From Octopus vulgaris (taxonomy: Eukaryota), in NCBI GenBank assembly GCA_951406725.2, contig OX597819.1, positions 108,624,001 to 108,688,000 of the forward strand: DNA of 64,000 nucleotides, read 5' to 3'. The first letter of the stretch is position 1. Each line of letters starts with the position of its first letter. This document shows positions 52,901 through 63,097 of the stretch, one piece after another. The position numbers and the translations under genes were made by a program. The notes below the pieces were generated by a model. It saw nothing but the letters and a program-made list of their open reading frames with translations. It was not told the DNA's origin and did not search any database.

Positions 52901-55900
52901 TCTACAGCTGGATGCCCTTCCTGTCACCAACCCACACTTGTTGCCAAGCAAAATATATTTCACTCTCAAAGATTGGAAACAAATAACAGATTTTATGACA
53001 GTGATATTCATTTACAATTATTGGATGACGACAAGCCAAGAGTACACACAGACACACATTTTCAACAGGTTTTTTTCAGTTTTCCTTCTACCAAATCCAC
53101 TCACAAGACTTTGGTCAACCTAGGACTACATCATCATCATCATCATCATCGTTTAACGTCCGCTTTCCATGCTAGCATGGGTTGGACGGTTCAACTGGGG
53201 TCTGGGAAGCCCGAAGGCTGCACCAGGCCAGTCAGATGTGGCAGTGTTTCTACAGCTGGATGCCCTTCCTAACGCCAACCACTCCGAGAGTGTAGTGGGT
53301 GATTTTATGTGCCACCGACACAGGTGCCAGACGAGGCTGGCAGACGGCCACACTCGGATGGTGTTTTTTATGTGCCACCGACACAGGTGCCAGACGAGGC
53401 TGGCAGACGGCCACGCTCGGATGGTGTTTTCTTATGTGTCACCGACACAGGTGCCAGACGAGGCTGGCGGACGGCCACGCTCGGATGGTGTTTGTTACGT
53501 GCCCTCAGCACGGAGGCCAGTCATTGCGGTACTGGCTACGGTCACGTTCGGATGGTTTTCTTATGTGCCACCGGCACTGGTACCACAAGGATACAAATTC
53601 CATTGATGTTCATCTATTTTGATTTGGTTCGATTTGATTCGATATGATTCGATTCGATTCTCACTTGCCTCAACAGGTCTTCACAAGTGTCACAAGAAGG
53701 AAGGTATGCACAGGTGGACTGACTACGTCCCAGGTAGGGGCCACGGATTATGGCTTCACTAGTCTTGCCGGGTCTTCTCACGCACAGCATACTTCCATAG
53801 GTCTCGGTCTCTAGTCATTTCCATGGTGAGACCTAACGTCCGAAGGTCGTGCTTCACCACCTCGTCCCAGGTTTTCCTGGGTCTACCTCTTCCACGGGTT
53901 CCCTCAACTGCTAGGGATTGGCACTTTCTCACACACCTATCTTCATCCATTCTCGCCACATGACCATACCAGCGCAATCGTCTCTCTTGCACACAACAAC
54001 TGATGCTTCTTAGGTACAACATTTCTCTCAAGGTACTAACGCTCTGTCGAGTAAGTACACTGACATTACACATCCATCGGAGCATACTGGCTTCGTTCCT
54101 CACGAGCTTACGCATGTCCTCAGCAGTCACGGCCCATGTTTCACTGCCATGTAGCATAGCTGTTCGTACACATGCATCATACAGTCTGCCTTTTACTCTG
54201 AGCGAGAGGCCTTTAGTCACCAGCAGAGGTAAGAGCTCCCTAAACTTTGCCCAGGCTATTCTTATTCTAGCAGTTACACTTTCAGCGCACCCACCCCCAC
54301 TACTGACTTGGTCACCTAGATAGCGGAAGCTATCAACTACTTCTAGTTTTTCCCCCGGAAAGTGACAGAAGTTGTTTTCTGCAGATTTTCGGAGGTCAAT
54401 GCTCCAGAGCACCTGCCACATACAAAAACTATCTTCCCAGTTAGCCTACCTTTGACATTGCTGCACCTCTTATGTGTCCATAGCTTACACTGGGTACATC
54501 TTATAGAGTTTCTACCTACACCTTTTCTACAGATCGAGCAGGGCCATCTTCCTGAGGATATTTGTGGGTTTTCTACCTTTCTACTTATTAGTACTTTGGT
54601 TTTAGCTAGGTTGACTCTAAGGCCCCTCGATTCTAAACCCTCCTTCCACACCTGGAACTTCTCCTCCAGTTCTGATAGTGACTCAGCGATTAGAGCGAGG
54701 TCGTCAGCATAGAGGAGCTCCCAGGGGCAACCTGTCTTGAATTCCTCCGTTATTGCCTGGAGGACTATGATAAATAGGAGGGGGCTGAGTACTGAACCCT
54801 GGTGGACCCCAACCTCTACTTTGAATTCTTCTGTGTACATGTTGCCAACTCTAACCTTACTTACGGCATCTCTGTACATGGCTTGCACAGCCCTCACCAG
54901 CCATTCATCTATCCCTAGTTTCCTCATTGACCACCAGATGAGGGATCGGGGGACCCTATCAAAGGCTTTCTCCATGTCAACGAAAGCCAGGTACAGGGGC
55001 TTATCCTTGGCTAGGTATTTCTCCTGCAGCTGCCTTACAGCTGCCTTACCTTACAGTAAGAGGCATTTGCCCAAGGTAGTAAGCAGTAGGACTGAACCCA
55101 AGACAACATGGTTGAGAAACAAGCTTCTTAACCACACAGCCATGCTTATATACATACATACATATATCATCATCATCGTTTAACGTCTGTTTTCTATGCT
55201 GGCATGGGTTAGACAGTTTGACTGAGGTCTGGAGAGCCAGTGGCTGCACCAGCCTCAAATCTGATCTGGCAATATTTTTACAGCTGGATACCCTTCCTAA
55301 CGCCAACCACTCTGAGAGTGTAGTGGGTGCTTTTTATGAGCCACTGGCACAGGAGCCGGTCACGATGGAGAAATTTCAGAGAGCTTTTACTTCTGTTGAC
55401 AAGCAAAGGTCATTCTTGCCATGTAAAAGGAAGATTGTATGATGCACAAGTACAAACAGCAATGCTATATGGTACTGAGACATGGCCCTGAATGCAGAGG
55501 ATATGCGAAGACTAGAGAGGATTGAAGCTAGTTGAGGGATTTATGCTGTTTTTATCTTGCAAGATATTTGGTGAACCTGTTGGTGCTGTGCTTCATAAAA
55601 AGGCACCCAGTGCACTGTAAAGTGGTTGGTGTTAGGAAGGGTATCCAGGTGTAGAAACCATGCCGAAACAGACGATGGAGCCTAGTTCAGCTCTTAGCTA
55701 TGCCAGCTCAAGTCAAACCATGCAACCTGTACCAGTATGAAAAATGGATGTTAAATGATAATGATATATAAGTGCATGTGTATGTATTTATATACACACA
55801 CATGTATGAGATCCAGACACAGCTGTGTGGTTAAGATGATCACTTTGCAACTACATGGTGTTAGGTTCAGTCCCACAGTCCAGCCCCTTGAGCAAGTGGC

Positions 55901-58900
55901 TTCTATTGCAGCCCAGAGACAACCAACAGTGTGAACGAATTTGATGTATGAAAACAGCAGGAAGTTTGCCCTATGTGCACATGAAGGTGTGTAAATGTTG
56001 ACTTCCCACAGCTTTGTTTGAGTGAAACATATTACCAACAAACAAGAAGTCAACACTTCATATCTGTCAGCCACTGCAGCTCAGTGAATTGAAAAAAAAA
56101 CATGAAATATTAAAGTTGTATGATAGAGAGGTGAACTGTGAAATGTATGAGGAAATGAAGAGTGTAACATATGAGAACGGAAGAGAGAGAAAGAATAAGA
56201 GAAAAGAATCTTACAGCTCTTCAAGTTCTTTGTTGTGGTTGGCACGGTCTGGGTTATAAACAAAGATAATACCATTGGCATCTTTACTAAATGCTGCCCA
56301 AGAGGATTCATATCTGAGATACAACACAGAAAACAATGTAAATTAATAAATTACAGTGACAGGTTTTCACTAATGTTCCATAACAACACAACCTCTTCAT
56401 GGCTTATTTATTGTGCACCAATAATTTTTTCAATGATTTAAAGAAAAAGTCAAGCAATTTCTTACAGCTGGAGCATTGTAAGAATAAATTAACTTTATTT
56501 TTATTCCCTACTTACCATGAATAAATCTGGTGTCCAGTGTATTATTTAACATATTAACTGCCACAACAAATTACTGGGACTTACCAATGGTACATTTAAC
56601 ATGTTAACTGCCACAGCCTATAACTGGAACTTATCAATGGTACATTTAACATGTTGACTGTCGCAGCCTGTAATTGGAACTTACCAATGATACCATGTAT
56701 TTCGTGTAGTCACACCGCATACTGTTTAGTTACAGAGAAATGTACTTTTACAATATTTCATAACTGAATTTCAGTATTTAACACTCGTGTTATTTGAATA
56801 TCCTCAAAACCATGTGAGATATAAAATGTGCACTATTACACATCATGTGACAGTAATGCTATTTACATGTTGTACTAAAATTGAACACGGCAAATTTACA
56901 TAAATCTACCTTCACAAATTATGTATAAGCTCCATTATGAACTGTAACTGGACAATGTATTTAGACATGAATTCCATCTCAAAAACTATCCCTCTTATAG
57001 ATGCAAATAAAAAAGGGAAAAATGACCATTCCAAAACATAACAATATCTGTTTCAACACAGTGTTTCACATCAGCAATCCTGCAAAACAAATCCATAAAC
57101 ACAGACACACACCCATATCATGATCATCATCATTTAACATCCACTTTCCAAGCTGGCATTATATGTATGTGTGTGTGTGTGAACACCATTTCAATACTGC
57201 TACAAGCCTATAATCACCACTGTAAGACAACTACTACTACATACCTGTGATCACCACTACAGTCCCACAATTCAATATCAGCAACAGTATTACGACCATC
57301 CAGAATCATTGGCTGCTCAAACTCCATTATTCTGTCCAGAGAAAGAAAGAAGAACAAAATATATAGGTTTATCATTTTGGGGATGAGTGCTAGTCTCATT
57401 TTCAAAGTTGAATTTTATATATATACTAGCAGTATCGCCCGGTGTTGCTCGGGTTTGTTTCGACCCGCTGGAATTGTAATTTTGAAAAGTAAAAATTTTG
57501 TGAACATTTTTCTGGTCGAAATACACCGAAAAGTGGCGACACAGCAGTGAAAAAATCGTAAAAAATAGGGATTTTCATAGAAAAAAGCATCTTTTTGATG
57601 TAAATAATTTTTGGTGTTAACATGGTCCGATTTGAATTTTATGTTCTACGGAAGGAAGAGCAACCCTTCTTCTACCATACTCTCAATTTTGGTCAACTTG
57701 CGCCGCAGGGTCTCGGAGGAGATAGTGTTAGTTGAAGGTTACCATTCTAGGTGCCTGAGTAACAACCTCGCGGATTTACAGATAAATGAATTAATTACTA
57801 TTTTACAGAATAAAATTAAATAATTCTTGAAAATTAATTAATATTAATATTTTTTGAACAAAGTAAATAATTTTTAAAACTTAAATAATAATTTTTTTTA
57901 CACAAACGCGAACGGGGAAAAGGGGGTGGCGAATTCGATTTACATACCTAAATTTTTTCTTTTTCATGACATTGTAGCAAAATAGTAGTGAATTATATAA
58001 ATACCAGCAGTACATTTTTTTTCTGGGGTATTTTTTTCAACCTCGTCACATATTTGCCCCTTTCAATTTAAACAAAGTCTTAATTAAGCAATTACGGCAG
58101 CTTAGCAATGGTTTCAATACAGGCGTGACATCTGTATCTCAATTGTTCAAAACCCTTCGAATTTTTTCGCACGTGATGATATCATAGTGAAAACTTTCAA
58201 TTACGCGTGCTTAGAAGTATGCTCGCAAATTAATACTACCAAAACTTTGAAGTTCGCGCTCCGCTTGTGTGTGTGTGTGTGCGTGCTTTAGGTGTACATA
58301 GGTATGTGTTTTTGTGTGTGTGTGTCACTGAAGCCATACATACATATATACATACATAACCTCTCTCTCTCTTTTCTCTCTCAGTCACTCACTACAAAAA
58401 GTGAATAAAAAAGTTCAGTTATTTCTGTCTTTCACTCTGTCTGTCTCTTTACGCACACTAACAAAAGCACTTCACTTACACACCACACTTTCTGTGTCGC
58501 ACAACCCATCAAACACACACACACACACACTCACACACGCACACATGTACATCAATGCTTTCGGAGTGAAATGTTAAAATATTGAGTTTTCTCGAATTTT
58601 GTCTTAATTGGAGGTGAAATTGAAAGAAATATATTATGGCATGACCGAATGGAGTACTTTGAAAAATCTTAGGTAAACTCTAATTGAAGAAATTGTGTGA
58701 GGAGTAAATCGTTATGTATTTATTTGTTTCTGTTTGCTGTGTTTTTTTATTTTTTGAGTAGTGGTTTAAATACTTTCAGTTTAGTCTTCCTCAAATCACT
58801 CTGTCGCTATTTACTTTCATTTTATTCGTTGCACACTGTGTGTGTGCGTGTGGTGTAAACCACATTAAGAAAAGCATTTGACATACACACCAGAATGTGA

Positions 58901-59074
58901 GTTTTCTGTAAATTTTGCTTAATTGGAGTTTAAATTTTAAAAACTGGACCTGGCATGACCCGATGCATTCTACTCTTAAAAATGCTAGGTAAATTGTAAT
59001 TGAAGAAATCCTATATTGTAGATTTTTATAAGTTACAAAGGGAGGCAGATAAAATCTGCCTTTTATAATAAGAG

Positions 59075-59111
<37 letters not shown>

Positions 59112-59431
59112 AATATTTGTTGTGCAAGATTTTTTATGTGAAGTCGTGTGTTGAAACAGATATTGTTGTATTTAGGAATGGTCATTTTGCCAGTTTAGCC
59201 AATAAAAACACACGCACTATATATTTGGCTGACGGTTAGTAAGGAGAGACACAAATAAGTAAGAAGAAAACAAAGGACCACTGATGCGGTCACAGGAGTG
59301 TGACGAAAGAACTCTGGCCGAAATAAGATTAAGATTAATGTAAAAAATAAATAACACTGAAGCAAAGTAACACCAAATATATAGTGTGTGTGTTTTTATT
59401 GGCTAAACTGGCAAAATGACCATTCCTAAAT

Positions 59432-59489
<58 letters not shown>

Positions 59490-59501
59490 TATATATATAT
59501 G

Positions 59502-59532
<31 letters not shown>

Positions 59533-62500
59533 ATGTATGTATGTATATACACACTCACACCCAACCAAATAAATTCATACCCATGTTCTGGCTGAAGCTC
59601 TCCTCAATCTTATCTCTTGTACACAGCACATGTCTACTTATCACAGCTCCAGCATCTCAATAATCTCTCCAGATCTAACAGTCTTTCAGGTGTCAATAAG
59701 GTTTTTTTGTTCACATGGAGGATGATACATAGTAAGATAAAAATCTGAATGGCAATAGAGTGAATTGTCAACATCGAATATGTATATTTAAGAGATTTTG
59801 TAGAAAATACTTGATGCAGTCACAATATTTGAAGAAAGATTTTCTTAAAAGTTATTATCCATTATAAAAAGCGAGAAAGAAGTTTTTGTATTGTGCATTA
59901 CTTGTTGTTCGACTTTTCAAGCACACATGTTCTGGGCTTATATATGTATACATCATCATCATCATTCCTGCCATCATCATCCTCACCACCAATAAAACCG
60001 CCTTTAATACAGTGATGATAATACACTGAGGAGCTTCAAGATAGTTATCTGATATACTAGAAATAGCAGTCAAATCTTTCTTGCATCACACAATACAGCC
60101 CTTTAGAAAGATATTTTGGATAATAGTGTTCTTTATATGCTATATTAGATAAAAAAATTTTGAAAAAATAGAATACTTTAGGTCAAAGTATCTTTCATCA
60201 TAACTTTGCTTGATCAGGCCTAATATCAGGTTAAACAACCACAACAGCAACAATGATGAAAATCAAGAAGAAATTAGTTAATTCTAGTGTATCTCACTCA
60301 CCTGACCCCAACAGTCGGAGAAATATTTGTAACTTCAGTGGCTTTACACAGGAAATTAGCCAGGACTGTTTTGCCACTCTGAAAATAAATGGAGATAATA
60401 CTGGGGCTTCAAATTTTGGCACAAGAGCATCGATTCTGGGAGATATGGTAAGGTGATTACATCACTTCCAGTGTTCAACTAGTACTTATTTTATCAACCT
60501 TGAAAGGATGAAAAGCAAAGTCAACCTCAGCAGAATTTGAACTCAGAGCATAAAAACGGACAAAATGCTACTAAGCATTTTGCCCAGCTAGTTATGGATT
60601 TTGCCAACTCAAATGGAGAAGATATTAAAATATGACAAATCCATGAAGAGATTTTGAGCTTGCTTTCCAACCACAGGGTTTCAGGTTTACTCCTTGGGTA
60701 AGTGTCTTACTCCTTGGGTAACCTCAGGCTGACCAAAGCCTTGTGAATGAATTTGGTAAGTGGAAACTAAAGTCCATCATGTGTATATGTGTGAGTGTGA
60801 AATGCTTGTGCCCTTTGTAGTGGGGGAAAATTCCACAATAACATGCCATCTGATGGTTTGTATACATTTAGTACAATACACAGATGGTGATTTTAGACGA
60901 CATAGGATTAAACACAAAATGCATTCCTGTAAAATTAGACTATAAATCACAATTTCTCATGGAATCCTTGGTAATGTCTCACAGAATCCTAGGGGAATAC
61001 TGATCTAAAATAAGGCTATATATGTCATAAACATATAATTATACTTTGGTATAACAAATTGTTTAGTTTCCCATCCTTTATTAGTGTAAACAGAGAACAA
61101 ACAAAGGAGGATATTCTGCAGAGACATTGCATTCTTGCAGAAAAAGAACACAGCATCTGGTCCTACAAGGAATTTCCTTTTAGAATAGTAGGGTAGGGTG
61201 ACTGAGTGAGCTATAGGCCAAAATAGTTGCAACATTGTTGCTTTTGATGGAGAAAACATGCATGTTGAGTTACAGATCATTATAAGTGAATCCTGGCTGT
61301 CATGCATCAGTTAAGTTCATTTATTTGTCCCAGCTGTAGCAACTATCATAGACATTGATCATGTGTTTAACCCAGATACATGTCTTTTAGGAAGACAAAG
61401 TAGGTAGGTTTACAGTTCCTGAAGCCTGTATGGTCCAAATTCTACTTAAATATTATCCATCATCACACCAACTTAAGCAGTCAGCATTGATAAAGTAAAT
61501 TGTTAACAAAAGACCACTTACCACTAAAAAACAATATGTAAAAAAATAACTTTTACAACAAAAACTATTTGCATGCATATTGTCTCATAGTGATAAGGTG
61601 TTTTGCTGAAAATTGACTTTATTACTCTTTATATTTATTAATGCCTACTGCCTGCCAAGTGTATTTACTTACTATTTACTGTCTTGTCCAAATGCTTTAC
61701 AAGCAAAAGAATGCAACAAGCACTGACTGACATCACAGCACACTTGGCTGAGTTACAAGGGTGGGCTGAAAAGTTAGTAGGCTGACTATGAAGGAGTGAT
61801 GCTAGAGCTGTGAAATCATATTGCATTAATTTCAACTCTTCTTATAAATAACTGCATTGTTTCTTTCCATGCAAACTGATATCTGACTGTTCAAAGAAGA
61901 CTTCAACTTTAGTAACAGTGTAAAAGTGGGCAGTTAGATTTAGGAGGAGGGAGAGTCTTGAAGATGACTCAAGGTCTGGACATCCTACAACTGCCACCAC
62001 TGAGGAAAACTATGTTCACCACATAGTGATTGACTATAAATCAAATAACCAATGCTGTTAGTATATCCCATGAGAGAGTTGAGAATATTCTGCACTATGA
62101 ACTTGGCATGATAAAGCTTTCTGCTTGCTGGGTACCATGTCCTCTGACGCCTGATCAAAAGCACACCAGACTGATTACATCAGGAAAATCTGACATTGTT
62201 TAAAGCAGATCCAACTCTCTCTTTGATCTGTCTTGCAAAATGATACATTTGAAATGTAGTCCAAGATATGTCTGGATGAAAAACAGGGTGCTCACGATAG
62301 AAGGTCCTTGGTCATAGGTCTGCTTGATTAGGGCTGACCTTGGGCTAAAGAACACCAACACTAATCCCCATAATGTAGTTTGGACATTTTCTTGCCCAGT
62401 TTATGTTCTATTTTCTGAAGTTAGTAAAACAAAGTTGTGTATATTTCAATGAAGGGTTAGAGGTAACAGATGTCAAACAATGCAAACGAAGGAGTAACTT

Positions 62501-63059
62501 AAGTCTTATAGCAGCCAAATCTCCCTCAAACCACCTCTTACCATCTTTAAAATGGACACAATGGTTAATGCTGTGCTTGTAAACGAAAAGATGTAGTGGT
62601 CAATAATGGAACGCTTCAGATCAAAGACCTGGTTATTCAGTGTTAGCCTGAAGTTAACAACAATATATGTAACGTTGAATATCTGCGAGTTTTCGAATAT
62701 TCTTCTTTGTGGGTGGAGATGAAATACGGCAGAGTGAGAAAATCAAGAGTTTTTAAAATAGTTGTCATTTAGTCTCCGGCCAGCCTTCATGTAACAAACA
62801 TATGATAAAAGACTTTCCAACCATGACCATCTTTTTTTTTTATTCAGACTTAGTGTATACAGAACTTATCCAGAGTGTTATTTCATAAGAAAGTTTTATG
62901 TAATTTGAGGGAGGCTTAACTGCTCTTTCTAGCAATTCCCTCGCTGGTTCGGTCTTAAGCCTAATCAAGATAATTTATTGACATAACAACACTATTTTAA
63001 GCAAATGCACTTACTTCCATCGGCCCGAGAAGTAAAACTTTGGCTTTGAACATCGACAT
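43772..63059 (-). CDS. IFT22: Intraflagellar transport protein 22 (RABL5), 6 coding exons, 188 aa: complement(join(43772..43926,51850..51953,56215..56313,57245..57331,60302..60378,63015..63059))
   Basis: Spliced translation MSMFKAKVLLLGPMESGKTVLANFL...SPTVGVRIMEFE...IELWDCSGDHRYESSWAAFSKDANGIIFVYN...DKRDQEELSIMNKR*; P-loop GPMESGKT and WDCSG match the RABL5/IFT22 family; phases consistent, 567 nt. Confidence 0.95.
45203..45761. mobile_element. Second piggyBac-type MITE family (other copies at about 7470-8050, 16040-16250, 31818-31915)
   Basis: TTAA-CCCTTTAGCATT ... AATGCTAAAGGG-TTAA. Confidence 0.8.
45303..45693 (+). mobile_element. tRNA-derived SINE nested in a TTAA MITE; relatives at about 2371-2622, 9207-9590, 15325-15460, 23383-23830, 33260-33412(-), 55820-55990
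   Basis: A-box TGGCTGTGTGGT, B-box GGTTCAGTCCC, internal (TA)/(TG) microsatellite, AAAAGAGT tail. Confidence 0.85.
47395..50102 (-). mobile_element. 5'-truncated CR1/L2-group LINE with an uninterrupted partial APE endonuclease plus RT ORF and an (ATT)n tail
   Basis: ORF 47467..50196 has GDFNHP, LDL, SDH, NYRPVSLTS, DVVYLDIAKAF, GVPQGSVLGP, YADD and VRPHLE motifs; tail at 47395-47417. Confidence 0.93.
50103..50409 (-). mobile_element. 5' part of a mariner-type element (same family as 29072..29937)
   Basis: TIR-like end plus TA at 50410, and HTH start [15 protein letters not shown]; truncated by the LINE. Confidence 0.85.
50790..51235 (+). mobile_element. L1/Tx1-like LINE 3' relic (related copy at about 11460-11883 ending in poly-A)
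   Basis: Shared FF(R/K)(Y/F)HL.R...V.REVL peptide in both copies, followed by AATAAA and a simple tail. Confidence 0.45.
51236..51560 (-). mobile_element. tRNA-headed SINE; relatives at about 7703-8030(+), 13243-13430(+), 24785-25050(+), 52500-52820(-)
   Basis: Head GGCGCATGGCTCAGTAGTTAG...GTTTGAATCCC then cttgagcaagacactttatttcac core; flanked by (ATT)n. Confidence 0.75.
51850..51953 (-). CDS. IFT22: IFT22 exon 5 (LLAYFLPQTGLTTNHCFCVSNVRAEAYNAPVRSEL)
   Basis: ttctag| acceptor, C|gtgagt donor; phases 2/1 fit the neighbouring exons; divergent sequence. Confidence 0.82.
53129..55038 (-). mobile_element. 5'-truncated RTE-clade LINE (RT with PHD-like insert, one frameshift near 54355, minisatellite 3'UTR, (GAT)n tail), inserted into a SINE
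   Basis: [47 protein letters not shown]; flanks rejoin as one SINE (ggact^agtaag). Confidence 0.92.
53300..53580. repeat. About 63-bp minisatellite within the RTE 3'UTR
   Basis: Three near-identical units atgtgccaccgacacaggtgccagacgaggctggcagacggccac..cggatggtg plus diverged units. Confidence 0.85.
56215..56313 (-). CDS. IFT22: IFT22 exon 4 (RYESSWAAFSKDANGIIFVYNPDRANHNKELEE)
   Basis: tctcag| acceptor, CT|gtaaga donor. Confidence 0.93.
56544..56693. repeat. Tandem repeat, 3 x 50 bp
   Basis: Units start atttaacat at 56544, 56594 and 56644 and end acttaccaatggtac-like. Confidence 0.9.
57245..57331 (-). CDS. IFT22: IFT22 exon 3 (RIMEFEQPMILDGRNTVADIELWDCSGDH)
   Basis: ggacag| acceptor, AG|gtatgt donor; G3 motif WDCSG. 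Confidence 0.95.
57426..59075 (-). mobile_element. Non-autonomous Helitron-like element
   Basis: On - strand begins A|TCTCTTATTATAAAA and ends with a GC hairpin (57438-57453) then CTAG|T; no TSD; retains CpGs, so looks young. Confidence 0.75.
59107..59437 (+). mobile_element. Penelope-like relic: 65-bp inverted arms with a one-sided extension, inserted in (TA)n
   Basis: Arms 59164-59228 and 59373-59437 (one mismatch); hammerhead-like motif in the loop. Confidence 0.65.
59275..59319 (+). ncRNA. Degenerate type I hammerhead ribozyme motif
   Basis: CCA-CTGATGCG-GTCACA(ggag)TGTGAC-GAAA-GAAC-TC-TGG. Confidence 0.55.
60302..60378 (-). CDS. IFT22: IFT22 exon 2 (SGKTVLANFLCKATEVTNISPTVGV)
   Basis: tttcag| acceptor, AG|gtgagt donor; completes the P-loop. 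Confidence 0.95.
61755..62215 (+). mobile_element. Mariner relic in IFT22 intron 1
   Basis: TA-caagggtgggctgaaaagtt start; SLEDDSRSGHPTTATT, ERVENILHYELGM, WVP..LTPDQK. Confidence 0.8.
63015..63059 (-). CDS. IFT22: IFT22 exon 1 (MSMFKAKVLLLGPME)
   Basis: ATG at 63059 (second ATG at 63053), GAA|gtaagt donor. Confidence 0.93.
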
Positions 63060-63084
63060 GGTTTTTTTTTGGTGTGGTTGATGT

Positions 63085-63097
63085 GTTACCTGGTAAC
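63085..63097. promoter_or_regulatory. RFX-binding X-box of the IFT22 promoter
   Basis: GTTACC-T-GGTAAC is a perfect palindromic match to GTNRCC(N0-3)RGYAAC, about 25 nt upstream of the ATG of a ciliary gene; extra half-site TTGGCAAC near 63127. Confidence 0.85.

Noticed and set aside
53300-53500. Regular repeats resembling a CRISPR array
   Set aside because: No unique spacers and no cas genes; it is the minisatellite of a LINE 3'UTR in a eukaryote.
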